Below, piece after piece: positions 48,457 to 58,263 of a stretch of 61,903 nucleotides of DNA. The notes under the pieces are model-generated. The model had not been told where the DNA came from. It saw nothing but the letters and a program-made list of their open reading frames with translations, and ran no database searches. Numbering within the stretch: the first letter of the stretch is position 1; each line of letters opens with the position of its first letter. Position numbers and translations under genes: made by a program. Source of the stretch: Deltaproteobacteria bacterium (GTDB taxonomy: Bacteria > Desulfobacterota > Deferrimicrobia > Deferrimicrobiales > Deferrimicrobiaceae); the NCBI GenBank assembly GCA_016220005.1, contig JACRIV010000079.1:1-61903 (forward strand), in the 5' to 3' direction.

Positions 48457-49353
48457 TCATTGGTAATAGGAAACCTGAATCTTTTCCTGCCGCCATGCTG
48501 CCTTGATCCGATCCACCAGCTCCTCGATGATCCACTCGGGGGTCGAGGCGCCCGCCGTCACGCCCACGCAGGAGACCCCCGACAGCACATCCGGAGAAAG
48601 CTCCGCCGCGGTCTCGATGTGGCAGGTCCTGGGATTGGACTCCCTGCAGATCTCGGCCAGCCGCCGCGTGTTGGCGCTGTTGTAGCCGCCCAGGACGATC
48701 ATCACGTCCGCCTTGGAGGCCACCGCCGTGGACTCCTTCTGCCGCAGGACCGTGGCGTGGCAGATAGTGTTGTAGACCCGGACTTCCGGGATTTTCTTCA
48801 GGGCGACGGAGACGAACTGCATCAGGTTCTCGAAGGACTGTGTGGTCTGGGCGACGATCCCCACCTTCCGGATACCCGAGGCTCCCTGGAGGTCGGGGAG
48901 GGACGTCAGGATCGGCACGCCGCTCTCGATGTAGCTGATGATGCTTTTCACCTCCGGGTGGTTGGCGTCCCCCACGACCGTCACCGCGTACCCCTTCCGG
49001 CTCAGGGACCGGGCGTACTCCTGTGCCTTCTTGACGAACGGGCAGGTGGCGTCGATGATCTTCACCGCCTTCGCGGCGAGTGCGTCGGCGTCCTTGCGGG
49101 TGATGCCGTGCGAGCGGACGATCACCTTCCCGCACGGGATGGCGTCCACCGACTCGACCACGTGCACCCCCTTCTTCTCCAGCTCCTCCACCGCCTGGGG
49201 GTTGTGGATGAGGGGGCCCAGGGAGTGGATGGGGAGCGCCTCCCCCTTGGCCTCTTCTTCAGCCGTCCCGCGGGCCGTTTCGTTCGCGATGGAGATGGCC
49301 CGCTTGACGCCGAAGCAGAAACCCGCGCTCCGGGCGATGAGGATCTCCTTCAC
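48457..49353 (-). CDS. ispH: 4-hydroxy-3-methylbut-2-enyl diphosphate reductase
   Basis: AGFCFGVKRA, LIHN, DATCPFV, AQTT, TICHAT, GGYNSAN, AGASTP. Confidence 0.95.
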   Translation of the reverse strand: MKEILIARSAGFCFGVKRAISIANETARGTAEEEAKGEALPIHSLGPLIHNPQAVEELEKKGVHVVESVDAIPCGKVIVRSHGITRKDADALAAKAVKIIDATCPFVKKAQEYARSLSRKGYAVTVVGDANHPEVKSIISYIESGVPILTSLPDLQGASGIRKVGIVAQTTQSFENLMQFVSVALKKIPEVRVYNTICHATVLRQKESTAVASKADVMIVLGGYNSANTRRLAEICRESNPRTCHIETAAELSPDVLSGVSCVGVTAGASTPEWIIEELVDRIKAAWRQEKIQVSYYQ

Positions 49354-50048
49354 AGGGTGGCGCCTCCCGGCAGCCCTTTCCGCGCCTCGGGCAGCAGGCG
49401 CCGCAGCATCTCCTCGACGACCTCCTCCGCCGTCATGGTCGTGGTGTCGATGTAGACCGCCCCTTCCGCCATCCGCAGCGGTGAATGCTCCCGCGTGGAG
49501 TCCTGGATGTCCCGGAGCAGCACTTCCCGCAGCACCTCTTCGAAGGGCTTCCTCTCTCCCGCCCCCCATTCCAGGAACCGCCGCCTGGCCCGGACGGCCG
49601 CGGCGGCGTCGAGGACGAACTTGGCGTCGGCGTCGGGGAAGACGACGGTCCCGGTGTCGCGGCCCTCCAGCACCACGCCGCCCTTCTCCCCCATCTTCCT
49701 CTGCAGCCTCACCATCGCCTCGCGCACGGCCTTGTGCGTTGAGACCTCCGACGCCCCCATGCTGATCTCGGGGGTGCGGATCGCTTCGCTCGCATCCTCG
49801 CCGCAGAGAAGGATCCGCATCTCTCCCCCCTCCTGCCGGAACGCGAGGCGAAGATCGGCGCACAGCCGTCCCAGGCGCGCGCCGTCGGACCAGGGGACCC
49901 CCGCTTCGCGGGCGGCCAGGGCGCAGGCCCGGTACATCGCCCCCGTGTCCAGCCGGGTGAGAGAGGCCCGCTCGGCCAGCCGCTTCGAGACGGTCGTCTT
50001 CCCCGCCCCGGACGGACCGTCGATCGTAATGATCGGCCGTTCCCTCAC
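49350..50048 (-). CDS. cmk: Cytidylate kinase
   Basis: IDGPSGAGKTT, DTGAMYR, EGRDTGTVVFPDA. Confidence 0.95.
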   Translation of the reverse strand: MRERPIITIDGPSGAGKTTVSKRLAERASLTRLDTGAMYRACALAAREAGVPWSDGARLGRLCADLRLAFRQEGGEMRILLCGEDASEAIRTPEISMGASEVSTHKAVREAMVRLQRKMGEKGGVVLEGRDTGTVVFPDADAKFVLDAAAAVRARRRFLEWGAGERKPFEEVLREVLLRDIQDSTREHSPLRMAEGAVYIDTTTMTAEEVVEEMLRRLLPEARKGLPGGATL

Positions 50049-51322
50049 CGGAGGACCTCTTTCAGCATATCGTGAAACCCCGGGAAGGATGTATCGATGC
50101 AGGCGGTATCCGTGACCTCGATCGGGACCCCCGCGGCGGCGGAAAGGACCAGGAGCGACATCGCGATCCGGTGGTCCCCGCGGCTGTCGCACCGCACGCC
50201 GGTAAGAATCCGCGTAGACCCTTCGATCCAGAGGCCGTCCTGGTATTCCCCGCACGAAACCCCGAGGGAGGAGAGGGCGGACACCATCGCCCCGATCCGG
50301 TCGGACTCCTTCACCCGAAGCTCCCCGGCCCCGCGCACGACGGTGCGTCCTTCCGCCAGGGCGGCCGCAACGCAGAGGGCGGGGACCTCGTCGATGAGCG
50401 ACGGCACCTCGGGCGGAGAAACCTCGGTCGCCGAAAGCTCCTTGCCGCGGACCACGATGTCGGCCACCGGCTCGCCCCCTTCCTCGCGGAGCGACTCCAA
50501 ACGGATGTCGGCGCCCATCCTCCGGAGTACCGCGAGGATCCCCGTCCGGAACGGGTTCACCCCCACGCCGGGGAGGCGCAGGAGGGCGCCCGGCACCGAG
50601 GCCGAAAGGACGAGGAAGAAGGCGGCCGCGGAGATGTCGCCGGGGACGTCGAGGTCGAGGGGGGCAAGCCGCTCCGCAGGACGGACCGTCACCTCGTTCC
50701 CGTGCCGGGATACCGAAAGACCCATCGCGGAGAGCATCCGTTCGGTGTGGTCCCTGGAAGGGAGCGGCTCCACGACGGTGACCGGGCCGGCGGCGTACAG
50801 GCCGGCCAGGAGGAGCGCGGATTTCACCTGGGCGGAAGCGACCGGCATCTCGTACCGGATCCCGGAAAGTCTGCCCCCTTCGATGCACAGCGGCGGCAGC
50901 GTGTTTCCCCTGCGTCCGGCAATTGTCGCTCCCATCCGGACAAGGGGCTCCACGATCCGCTTCATCGGGCGGCGGCGAAGGTACCGGTCCCCCGTGACGA
51001 TCGACAGGAACGGCTGGGCCGCCAGGATCCCCGCCCCGATCCGGATCGTGGTGCCGGAGTTCCCGGCATCGATGACGTCCTCGGGCTCGGTGAGCCCCCG
51101 CAGCCCCGCCCCGACGACCCGCAGCTCCGTGGGCGACACCTCGTCGACCCGGCCCCCCAGGGCGCGCATCATGGCCGCGGTGGCAAGCGTGTCCTCGGCG
51201 TGGAGGAACCCGCGGATCCGGCTCTCCCCGTCCGCCAGGGCGCAGAGCATCACCGCCCGGTGGCTGATCGACTTGTCCCCCGGCACCTTCACCGTTCCGG
51301 CGATCCGGATCCGGCTCGTCAT
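50045..51322 (-). CDS. aroA: 3-phosphoshikimate 1-carboxyvinyltransferase
   Basis: PGDKSISHR, GNSGTT, SAQVKS, RVKESDR, DHRIAM. Confidence 0.96.
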   Translation of the reverse strand: MTSRIRIAGTVKVPGDKSISHRAVMLCALADGESRIRGFLHAEDTLATAAMMRALGGRVDEVSPTELRVVGAGLRGLTEPEDVIDAGNSGTTIRIGAGILAAQPFLSIVTGDRYLRRRPMKRIVEPLVRMGATIAGRRGNTLPPLCIEGGRLSGIRYEMPVASAQVKSALLLAGLYAAGPVTVVEPLPSRDHTERMLSAMGLSVSRHGNEVTVRPAERLAPLDLDVPGDISAAAFFLVLSASVPGALLRLPGVGVNPFRTGILAVLRRMGADIRLESLREEGGEPVADIVVRGKELSATEVSPPEVPSLIDEVPALCVAAALAEGRTVVRGAGELRVKESDRIGAMVSALSSLGVSCGEYQDGLWIEGSTRILTGVRCDSRGDHRIAMSLLVLSAAAGVPIEVTDTACIDTSFPGFHDMLKEVLR

Positions 51323-51326
51323 CGGG

Positions 51327-52169
51327 TCACAGACCGTCCCTCGTCTTCTTCGCCCTGCTGAAGTAGGCGATCAGGCCCGCGGCGTCCTTTTGCCGGATGA
51401 GCCTCGTAAGCAGCGCGAGGTTTTTCCTGTAGTGCCCGACGGCGCGCAGGACCTCCTCCCCGTTCTGGAGGACGATGTCCCTCCACATCTCCGGGTTGCT
51501 GGAGGCGATCCGCGTGAAGTCCCGAAACCCCCCCGCGGAATAGCCCAGCGGCACCCGCGAGTCGAGGGTGGACACCGAGTGGACGAGGGCGTACGCCACG
51601 ATGTGGGGGAGATGGGAGACGTAGGCGAAGACGTGGTCGTGCAGCGAGGGGTCCATCCGGATGACCCGGGCGCCGGCCGCCTTCCAGAGCCGCTCCACGC
51701 GCCGGACCGACTCCTCGGTGTTCCGCTTCGTCGGGGTGAGGATTGCCGTCCTCCCCTTGAAGAGCGCGCCGTCGGCCGCGGGGTAGCCGGAGTTCTCGGT
51801 GCCGGCGATCGGGTGGCCGCCGACGAACTCCGCCCCGTCCGCCACCTCCGCCTGCCCCGCCCGGACCACCGCCGCCTTGACGCTGCCCGCGTCGGTCAGC
51901 ACCGCACCCGGCCGCATCTTCCCGCCGATGCGGCGCAGGAGCTCGACGGACCGGAGGACCGGGACGCAGACGACCGCGATGTCGCACGCGGCGATCTCCG
52001 TTTCCGTGCAGGCCCGGGCGATCGCGCCGTCCGAAAGCGCCATCCGGACGTACTCCTTCCGCCGGTCGCACCCCCATACTTCGTACCCCTTCCGCTTCCC
52101 CCGGAGCGCCAGGGCGAGGGAGCCCCCGATCAGCCCCAGCCCCAGGATGCCGACCCGTTCCGGCTTCAC
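51327..52169 (-). CDS. tyrA: Prephenate dehydrogenase
   Basis: GLGLIGGS, DAGSVK, GHPIAG, SHLPH, FRDFTRIA. Confidence 0.92.
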   Translation of the reverse strand: MKPERVGILGLGLIGGSLALALRGKRKGYEVWGCDRRKEYVRMALSDGAIARACTETEIAACDIAVVCVPVLRSVELLRRIGGKMRPGAVLTDAGSVKAAVVRAGQAEVADGAEFVGGHPIAGTENSGYPAADGALFKGRTAILTPTKRNTEESVRRVERLWKAAGARVIRMDPSLHDHVFAYVSHLPHIVAYALVHSVSTLDSRVPLGYSAGGFRDFTRIASSNPEMWRDIVLQNGEEVLRAVGHYRKNLALLTRLIRQKDAAGLIAYFSRAKKTRDGL

Positions 52170-53188
52170 GCGTTCCCCAGGGTCTTGCCGACGGCGTCGG
52201 AGATCTTTTTCAGCCGCTTGACCATCTCCCGGAAGGCGTCGGGCTTGAGCGACTGCGGGCCGTCCGAGAGCGCCGCCTCCGGCTGGTTGTGGACCTCGAC
52301 CATGATCCCGTCGGTCCCCGCGGCGATGGCGGCGGCGGCGAGCGGCTCGACGAGGCTCATCTTCCCCGCCGCGTGGCTCGGGTCGGCGATGACGGGCAGG
52401 TGGGAAAGGCCCTTCACCACCGGGATCGCCGAGACGTCGAAGGTGTTGCGGGTCGCCTGCTCGTAGGTGCGGATCCCCCGCTCGCACAGGATGATCTGGT
52501 GGTTCCCTTCCGAGGCGATGTACTCCGCCGACATCAGCCACTCCACGATGGTGGCGGACAGGCCCCGCTTGAGAATCACCGGCTTGCCGAGCCTGCCCAC
52601 CTCGGTCAGGAGCCGGAAGTTCTGCATGTTGCGCGCGCCGATCTGAATCACGTCGGCGTACCGGGCGACGAGGTCGATGTCCCGAGGGTCCATGAGCTCC
52701 GTGGCGACCGGCAGCCCCGTTGCCTCCCGGGCCTCCGCCAGGTAGCGCAACCCTTCCTCCCCCAGCCCCTGGAAGGCGTATGGAGAGGTGCGGGGCTTGA
52801 AGGCGCCGCCGCGGAGGAAGGACGCGCCGGCCGAGGCCACCCGCCCGCCGATCTCCACCATCATCTCCCGGCCCTCCACCGAGCAGGGCCCGGCGAAGAG
52901 CGCCACGGCGCCTCCTCCGATCTTCTGGCCCCGCACCGTGATGACGGTGTCCTCCTTCCTGAAGTCGCGGCTGACGAGCTTGTAGGGCTTGAGGATCCGG
53001 AGCACCTTCTCCACGTACTCCAGCCCCTCGAACGCCTCCGCGTCCACGAGCCGCTCGTCCCCGATCGCCCCGATGATCGTCCGCTCCACCCCCTTGGAGA
53101 TGTGGGCGGAGAGCCCGTGGGACTTGATCTTCTCCTCGATCAGGCGGATCTCCCGGTCGGTCGCGCCAGGCCGTAACACGATGATCAT
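52166..53188 (-). CDS. aroF: DAHP synthase, type I-beta with N-terminal regulatory domain
   Basis: AGPCSVE, GGAFKPRTSPY, GARNMQN, LCERG, DPSH, SDG. Confidence 0.93.
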   Translation of the reverse strand: MIIVLRPGATDREIRLIEEKIKSHGLSAHISKGVERTIIGAIGDERLVDAEAFEGLEYVEKVLRILKPYKLVSRDFRKEDTVITVRGQKIGGGAVALFAGPCSVEGREMMVEIGGRVASAGASFLRGGAFKPRTSPYAFQGLGEEGLRYLAEAREATGLPVATELMDPRDIDLVARYADVIQIGARNMQNFRLLTEVGRLGKPVILKRGLSATIVEWLMSAEYIASEGNHQIILCERGIRTYEQATRNTFDVSAIPVVKGLSHLPVIADPSHAAGKMSLVEPLAAAAIAAGTDGIMVEVHNQPEAALSDGPQSLKPDAFREMVKRLKKISDAVGKTLGNA

Positions 53189-53272
53189 GCGCCGCTCCTC
53201 CTTCCGATCTTCGCCGTCCTTCGGCGCTGCACCACGTACTCCATACCACGAATACGGTCACACGCCCTGCCC

Positions 53273-53436
53273 CCGGAGGCGCTTTCCGGCGTCGCTCGAT
53301 ACCCCCTCCTCACTACGCTTGCCGGCCGTCCCTGGCCGGCTAACGCTGGCAGGTATTTCGCGCTCTGGCCCTCCCTGGCTTCGCGCGAAACACATGCCCG
53401 CTCGGACGGGGTATCGTCGCTCCGCTGCGCCTCCGG
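53273..53436 (-). repeat. Structured intergenic element with two ANGGAN-loop hairpins
   Basis: Stems CCGGAGGCGC/GCGCCTCCGG, CGATACCCC/GGGGTATCG, GCCGGCC/GGCCGGC, TTTCGCGC/GCGCGAAA; minus-strand loops AGGGAG and AGGGAC. Confidence 0.65.
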
Positions 53437-53491
53437 ATGTCATCCCGATACGTGACTGTACCTTCGAAAGGTGGCACCGTGCCCCGCGCGG

Positions 53492-54565
53492 TCAGAGAGC
53501 GCGGGGATAGGATCCCAGAATTTTCAAGTATTGGGCGCGCATCTTCAGCTCGTCCACGGCCTTCGCCACCGGGTCGACCGAGATGTGCCCTTCCATGTCG
53601 AGGAAAAACAGGTATTCCCACGCCTTCTTCTTGACCGGGCGGGATTCGATCTTGGTGAGGTTGACCTGGTGCCTGGCGAACGGCTCCAGCATGAGGTACA
53701 GGGCCCCCACCTCGTCGCGCGCCGCGAAGAGGATGGAGGTCTTGTCGTTGCCGGTGCGCTTGGGCGCGATCTTCCCGATGATGATGAACCGGGTGAAGTT
53801 GTTCGTGTTGTCCTGGATCCGCTTCCTTATGCTCTTGAGCCCGTAGGTCTTGGCGGCCGCCTCCCCCGCGATCGCCGCCGCCGCGGGGTCGTCCGCGGCC
53901 AGCTCCGCCGCCCGCGCGGTGCTCTCCACGTCGAAGACGGGGACGCTGCGCAGGTTCCGCTCGAGCCAGCCCCGGCACTGGGCGATGGCGTGGGGGTGCG
54001 AGTACACCTTTTTGACGTGCTCCATGTCTCCCGTGACGGAGAGGAGGTCGTGGGCGACCTCCACCAGGATCTCCCCGCAGATCAGCAGGTTGTGGTCGAC
54101 GAACATGTCGAGTGTGTTGCTGACGATCCCTTCGCTGGAGTTCTCGATGGGCACGACGCCGAAATCGGCGACCCCGCGCTCGACCGCATCGAAGACCTCG
54201 GAGACGTTGATCTGCGGGACGTAGTCGGCGCTCTCCCCGAAATGCTTGAGGCACGCCAGGTGCGTGAAGGTCGCCTTGGGGCCCAGGAAGGCCACCGAGA
54301 GCGGCTTCTCCAGGGCCAGGGAGGCCGAGATGATCTCCCGGTATATCGCCTTGAGCGCGTCGTTCGGGAAGGGGCCGGCGTTCGCCGCCGTCAGCCGCCG
54401 CAGGATCTCGACCTCGCGCTCGGGAACGTAGAACGACAGCTTCTGCTGCGCCTTGATCTTCCCCACTTCGACCACGGCCTCGGCCCTCCGGTTGAGGATC
54501 GATAGGATCTCGTCGTCCAGCCGGTCGATCTCGGCGCGCAATTCCTGGAGGCGGTCCTGAGTCAC
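53492..54565 (-). CDS. pheA: Chorismate mutase/prephenate dehydratase
   Basis: LRAEIDRLD (CM), LGPKATF, PIENS, NFTRF, IESRP (ACT). Confidence 0.95.
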   Translation of the reverse strand: MTQDRLQELRAEIDRLDDEILSILNRRAEAVVEVGKIKAQQKLSFYVPEREVEILRRLTAANAGPFPNDALKAIYREIISASLALEKPLSVAFLGPKATFTHLACLKHFGESADYVPQINVSEVFDAVERGVADFGVVPIENSSEGIVSNTLDMFVDHNLLICGEILVEVAHDLLSVTGDMEHVKKVYSHPHAIAQCRGWLERNLRSVPVFDVESTARAAELAADDPAAAAIAGEAAAKTYGLKSIRKRIQDNTNNFTRFIIIGKIAPKRTGNDKTSILFAARDEVGALYLMLEPFARHQVNLTKIESRPVKKKAWEYLFFLDMEGHISVDPVAKAVDELKMRAQYLKILGSYPRAL

Positions 54566-55536
54566 CCGGTGCTCCCCGCCTTCCGCTTGAGAAGCCCGAT
54601 GTCGCGGTACTTCGCGTACCGCCGGTCGAGAAGCTGGGGGATGGGGAGCCCGCGCAGGGAGGAGAGCGACTCGACCATGGCGATCTTGAGGACGTCTGCC
54701 GCCGCCTTGTGGTCCCGGTGTGCGCCTCCCAGCGGCTCGGGGATGATCCGGTCCACGACGCCGAACTTCTTCAAATCGACGGCGGTGATCTTCATCATCT
54801 CGGCGGCCGTCTCCGCCCGGGCGGTGTCCCGCCACAGGATCGACGCACACCCCTCGGGGGAGATGACCGAGTAGATCGCGTACTCCATCATCAGGATCTC
54901 GTCCCCCACGCCGAGCGCCAGGGCCCCGCCGCTGCCCCCTTCGCCTATGACGACCACCAGGATGGGCGTCTTAAGCCTCGCCATCTCCAGGAGGTTGCGG
55001 GCGATCGCCTCGGACTGGCCGCGCTCCTCGGCGCCGATCCCCGGGAAGGCCCCGGGGGTGTCGATGAAGGTAATGACCGGAAGCCGGAACTTTTCGGCGA
55101 GCTTCATGACCCGCAGCGCCTTGCGGTACCCTTCCGGGTTCGCCATGCCGAAATTCCGCCGGATCTTCTCGGTGGTGTTCCTCCCCTTCTGCTGGCCGAT
55201 GATCAACACCCTTTCGCCTTCCAGCTCGGCGAAGCCGGAGACGACCGGCGGGTCATCCCGGAACGCTCTGTCTCCGTGGATCTCCAGGAAGGTCTTAAAG
55301 CAAAGGTTAACATAATCGAGCATATAAGGCCGATTGGGATGGCGCGCGAGCTGAGTGATCTGCCAGCGGGTGAGGTTGGAGAAAACCTCCTTGCGGATCT
55401 TGCCGATCTTCTTGTCGAGCTTCGCGATCTCCTCGCGGAGATTCTTGTCCGTTCCGTCGTCGACCCGCCGCAGCTGCTCCAGCCGGTTTTCCAGATCGAT
55501 GATCGGCTTCTCGAAATCGAGATACTGGAGGATCAT
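54562..55536 (-). CDS. accA: Acetyl-CoA carboxylase carboxyltransferase alpha
   Basis: LDFEKPI, ARHPNRP, DTPGAFPG, GEGGSGGA, SPEGCASILW. Confidence 0.96.
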   Translation of the reverse strand: MILQYLDFEKPIIDLENRLEQLRRVDDGTDKNLREEIAKLDKKIGKIRKEVFSNLTRWQITQLARHPNRPYMLDYVNLCFKTFLEIHGDRAFRDDPPVVSGFAELEGERVLIIGQQKGRNTTEKIRRNFGMANPEGYRKALRVMKLAEKFRLPVITFIDTPGAFPGIGAEERGQSEAIARNLLEMARLKTPILVVVIGEGGSGGALALGVGDEILMMEYAIYSVISPEGCASILWRDTARAETAAEMMKITAVDLKKFGVVDRIIPEPLGGAHRDHKAAADVLKIAMVESLSSLRGLPIPQLLDRRYAKYRDIGLLKRKAGSTG

Positions 55537-55585
55537 CGCCGCTCCTTGTGCCGGGATAAATTTTTAATTTAGGGCAAACCAGCCG

Positions 55586-56503
55586 TCAAAACAAGAACTT
55601 TTTGGCAAATTCCTCCGCCGCTTCGCGGGCCTCCTTCCCCCGGACCCAGACCGTTCCGGGCTCGCGGGAGAGCCAGGTGAGCTGCCGCTTGGCGTAGCGT
55701 CGGGTGTCGCGCTTGGTCTCTTCGACGGCCCGCGCGATCGAAACGCCGCCGGTCAGGTGCGAGCAGACGTGCCGGTACCCGAGCGCCCCCATCGGTTTCA
55801 GGTCGCTCCCGTAGCCCCGGGACAGGAGCCCCCGGACCTCGTCCACCAGCCCCTTGCGGAACATCGCCTCCACGCGGGCGTCGATGCGGCGGTACAGCTC
55901 TTCCCGGTCCGCCGACAGGACGATGAACAGGGTTCGGAATTTCCCTCCGTGCTCCGTCCATCGGGCCTTCCGCGCGCTCGGCGGCGCACCCGTGATCGCC
56001 GCCACTTCCAGTGCGCGCAGGACGCGGACCCGGTCGGCCGGATGGATACTCTTCGCGGAGAGCGGGTCGATGCACGCAAGCTCCGCGTACAGGGCGCTCC
56101 CCCCTTCCCGCTCCCAGCGGCGGGAGAGCCCGGCGCGGACCCCCGGGTCCTTCGGCAGGGGGTCCAGCCCGCGCAGGAGGGCGCGGATGTACATCCCGGT
56201 CCCGCCCGCCACCAGCGGAAACCGCCCCCGCTCCCGGATCCCCCGGATCGCCTTTTCCGCCTCGTCGACGAACCGGCCCGCGTTGTATTCCTCGTCGGGG
56301 TCCGCCACGTCGATGAGATGATGCGGGACCTCCCGCCGCTCTTCCGGCGTGGGCTTGGCGGTCCCGACATCCATTCCCCGGTAGACCTGGAGCGAGTCCG
56401 CGTTGACTATTTCGAGGGGGAGGGCGCGCGCCAGGCGGAGGGCGAGCGCCGTCTTCCCGGCGGCGGTGGGGCCCGACAGGACCAGGAGCCGGTTTTCTTC
56501 CAT
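55586..56503 (-). CDS. miaA: tRNA dimethylallyltransferase
   Basis: GPTAAGKT, DSLQVYRGMDVGTAKP, GGTGMY, YAKRQLTW. Confidence 0.95.
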   Translation of the reverse strand: MEENRLLVLSGPTAAGKTALALRLARALPLEIVNADSLQVYRGMDVGTAKPTPEERREVPHHLIDVADPDEEYNAGRFVDEAEKAIRGIRERGRFPLVAGGTGMYIRALLRGLDPLPKDPGVRAGLSRRWEREGGSALYAELACIDPLSAKSIHPADRVRVLRALEVAAITGAPPSARKARWTEHGGKFRTLFIVLSADREELYRRIDARVEAMFRKGLVDEVRGLLSRGYGSDLKPMGALGYRHVCSHLTGGVSIARAVEETKRDTRRYAKRQLTWLSREPGTVWVRGKEAREAAEEFAKKFLF

Positions 56504-56523
56504 GAGCGGCACGCGGGAGATAC

Positions 56524-58263
56524 TTACGTCCTGCCGAACATACGCCCCAGCTCGGCGCCGGAGAGCTTCACCCATACCGGGCGCCCGTGCGGGCAGCTGT
56601 GGGAGGCGACCGCCCGGTCCAACTCCTGAAGGAGCGCCCGCATCCCCTCTTTTTCCAGGGAATCCCCCGCCCGCACCGAGGCGTGGCACGCCATGCGCCA
56701 CAGCTCCCGGTCGGCGTCGAAGATCCCCTTGGGCGCAGCCCCCTGCGCAAGGTGGAACTCGCAGAGGTCCTTCCACCACCGCTGGACGTCGAAGTGGCCG
56801 AGGATCGCCGGGCCGCCGGTGATCTTGAAGGTGTCCTCCCCGAACGCCTCGAAGAGAAAACCGACGCGGGAGAGGAACGCCTCGATCTCCGTCCGCTCCT
56901 TCTTCGCCGCCCCCGGGAGGGTGACGGCCTGGGGGACGAGCCACCGCTGGATGGAGGCGCCGATCCCGAGGCAGGCGTCCTTCAGACGGGAGAAGACGAT
57001 CCGCTCGTCCGCGGCGTGCTGGTCGATGATTATGATCTCCCCCTCCCCCCGCGCCCCCGCCCCCTCGCAGACGATGTAGGTGCCGAGGAACTGGCCGACC
57101 GGCTTGAGCGATGCGAAAAATCCCGTCCCCGGCCCATGAACCCCGGCGCCGGGAAAGGGATGGGGCTGCCCCTCCCGGCCGCCGAACAGCGTCTCCATCG
57201 TCCCCGCCGGGACCCTCCCCGGCGGGAAGGGCTCCGCTTCCTCGCGCGCGGCCGGCTGCACCCGTAACGAATCGGAGCGTGGGGGCTCGCCGACGGCCGT
57301 CCCGATCGCATGGCGCACCAGTTCGAAGAGCTCGCGGGCGTACCGGAACCGGACCTCCGTCTTGGAGGGATGGACGTTGACGTCCACCTCCGCCGGGTCG
57401 CAGTCGACGAACAGGTAGACGACGGGCTGGCGGTCGGGAGCCAGGATCCCGCGGTAGGCCTCCTTCACCGCGCCGAAGACCCCGCGGTCGCGGAAATGGC
57501 GGCCGTTGACGAAGAAGTGGATCCCCGAGGCGCCGAACCGGGAGAGATGGGGCAGCCCCGCCCATCCTTCGATGCGGAAGAAGGGGGACGAAAGCGCGAT
57601 AGGGACGAGGTATTTCCCGTCCTCCTCCGCGTGCCGCAGCGCCCGGGACCCCCGCGACTCCGCGCCTTCATAAGAGAAGTCCCGCCTGCCGTCGGACATC
57701 CGGAGAAAGATCCCCTCGCAGGGGATCGCCACCCCGTGGAACGTCTCCCACAGGTGGGCCATTTCGGTGCGCGGGGTCTTGAGGAACTTCCGTCTCGCGG
57801 GGACGTTCCCGAACAGGGCGGACATCTCCACGGTGGTCCCGGAAGGCGCACCTGCCTCGATCAGGGATCTGACCGTCCCCCCCTCCACAACGATCTCCGC
57901 GCCGAGGGGCTGCGAGGCGGGCCGGGTCGTGATCCTGAGGCGGGATACGGAGGCGATCGAGGGGAGCGCCTCTCCGCGAAACCCGTACGTGGCGATCCGG
58001 TGGAGGTCGTCCGCCGTGCGAATCTTGCTCGTCGTGTGCCGCCGGACGGCCTGCTCGGCCTCCTCCGCCGTCATCCCGATACCGTCGTCGGACACCCGCA
58101 GGGTGAAGGGGAACGCGCCGGTGATTTCCGCCTCGACGCGTTTGGCCTTCGCGTCGACCGCGTTCTCGAGCAGCTCCTTGAGGACGGAGGCCGGCCGCTC
58201 GACGACTTCGCCGGCCGCGATCTGGTTGATCACCCCGTCGGGGAGGAGGCGTATCGCGCTCAG
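56524..58263 (-). CDS. mutL: DNA mismatch repair protein MutL, probable CTG start
   Basis: IRLLPDGVINQIAAGEVVERP, GFRGEAL, DVNVHP, DQHAADER, CPHGRP; CTGA overlap with the pgi stop. Confidence 0.93.
   Translation of the reverse strand: MSAIRLLPDGVINQIAAGEVVERPASVLKELLENAVDAKAKRVEAEITGAFPFTLRVSDDGIGMTAEEAEQAVRRHTTSKIRTADDLHRIATYGFRGEALPSIASVSRLRITTRPASQPLGAEIVVEGGTVRSLIEAGAPSGTTVEMSALFGNVPARRKFLKTPRTEMAHLWETFHGVAIPCEGIFLRMSDGRRDFSYEGAESRGSRALRHAEEDGKYLVPIALSSPFFRIEGWAGLPHLSRFGASGIHFFVNGRHFRDRGVFGAVKEAYRGILAPDRQPVVYLFVDCDPAEVDVNVHPSKTEVRFRYARELFELVRHAIGTAVGEPPRSDSLRVQPAAREEAEPFPPGRVPAGTMETLFGGREGQPHPFPGAGVHGPGTGFFASLKPVGQFLGTYIVCEGAGARGEGEIIIIDQHAADERIVFSRLKDACLGIGASIQRWLVPQAVTLPGAAKKERTEIEAFLSRVGFLFEAFGEDTFKITGGPAILGHFDVQRWWKDLCEFHLAQGAAPKGIFDADRELWRMACHASVRAGDSLEKEGMRALLQELDRAVASHSCPHGRPVWVKLSGAELGRMFGRT

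Noticed and set aside
55537-55585. hfq downstream of miaA
   Set aside because: Only 49 bp separate miaA and accA
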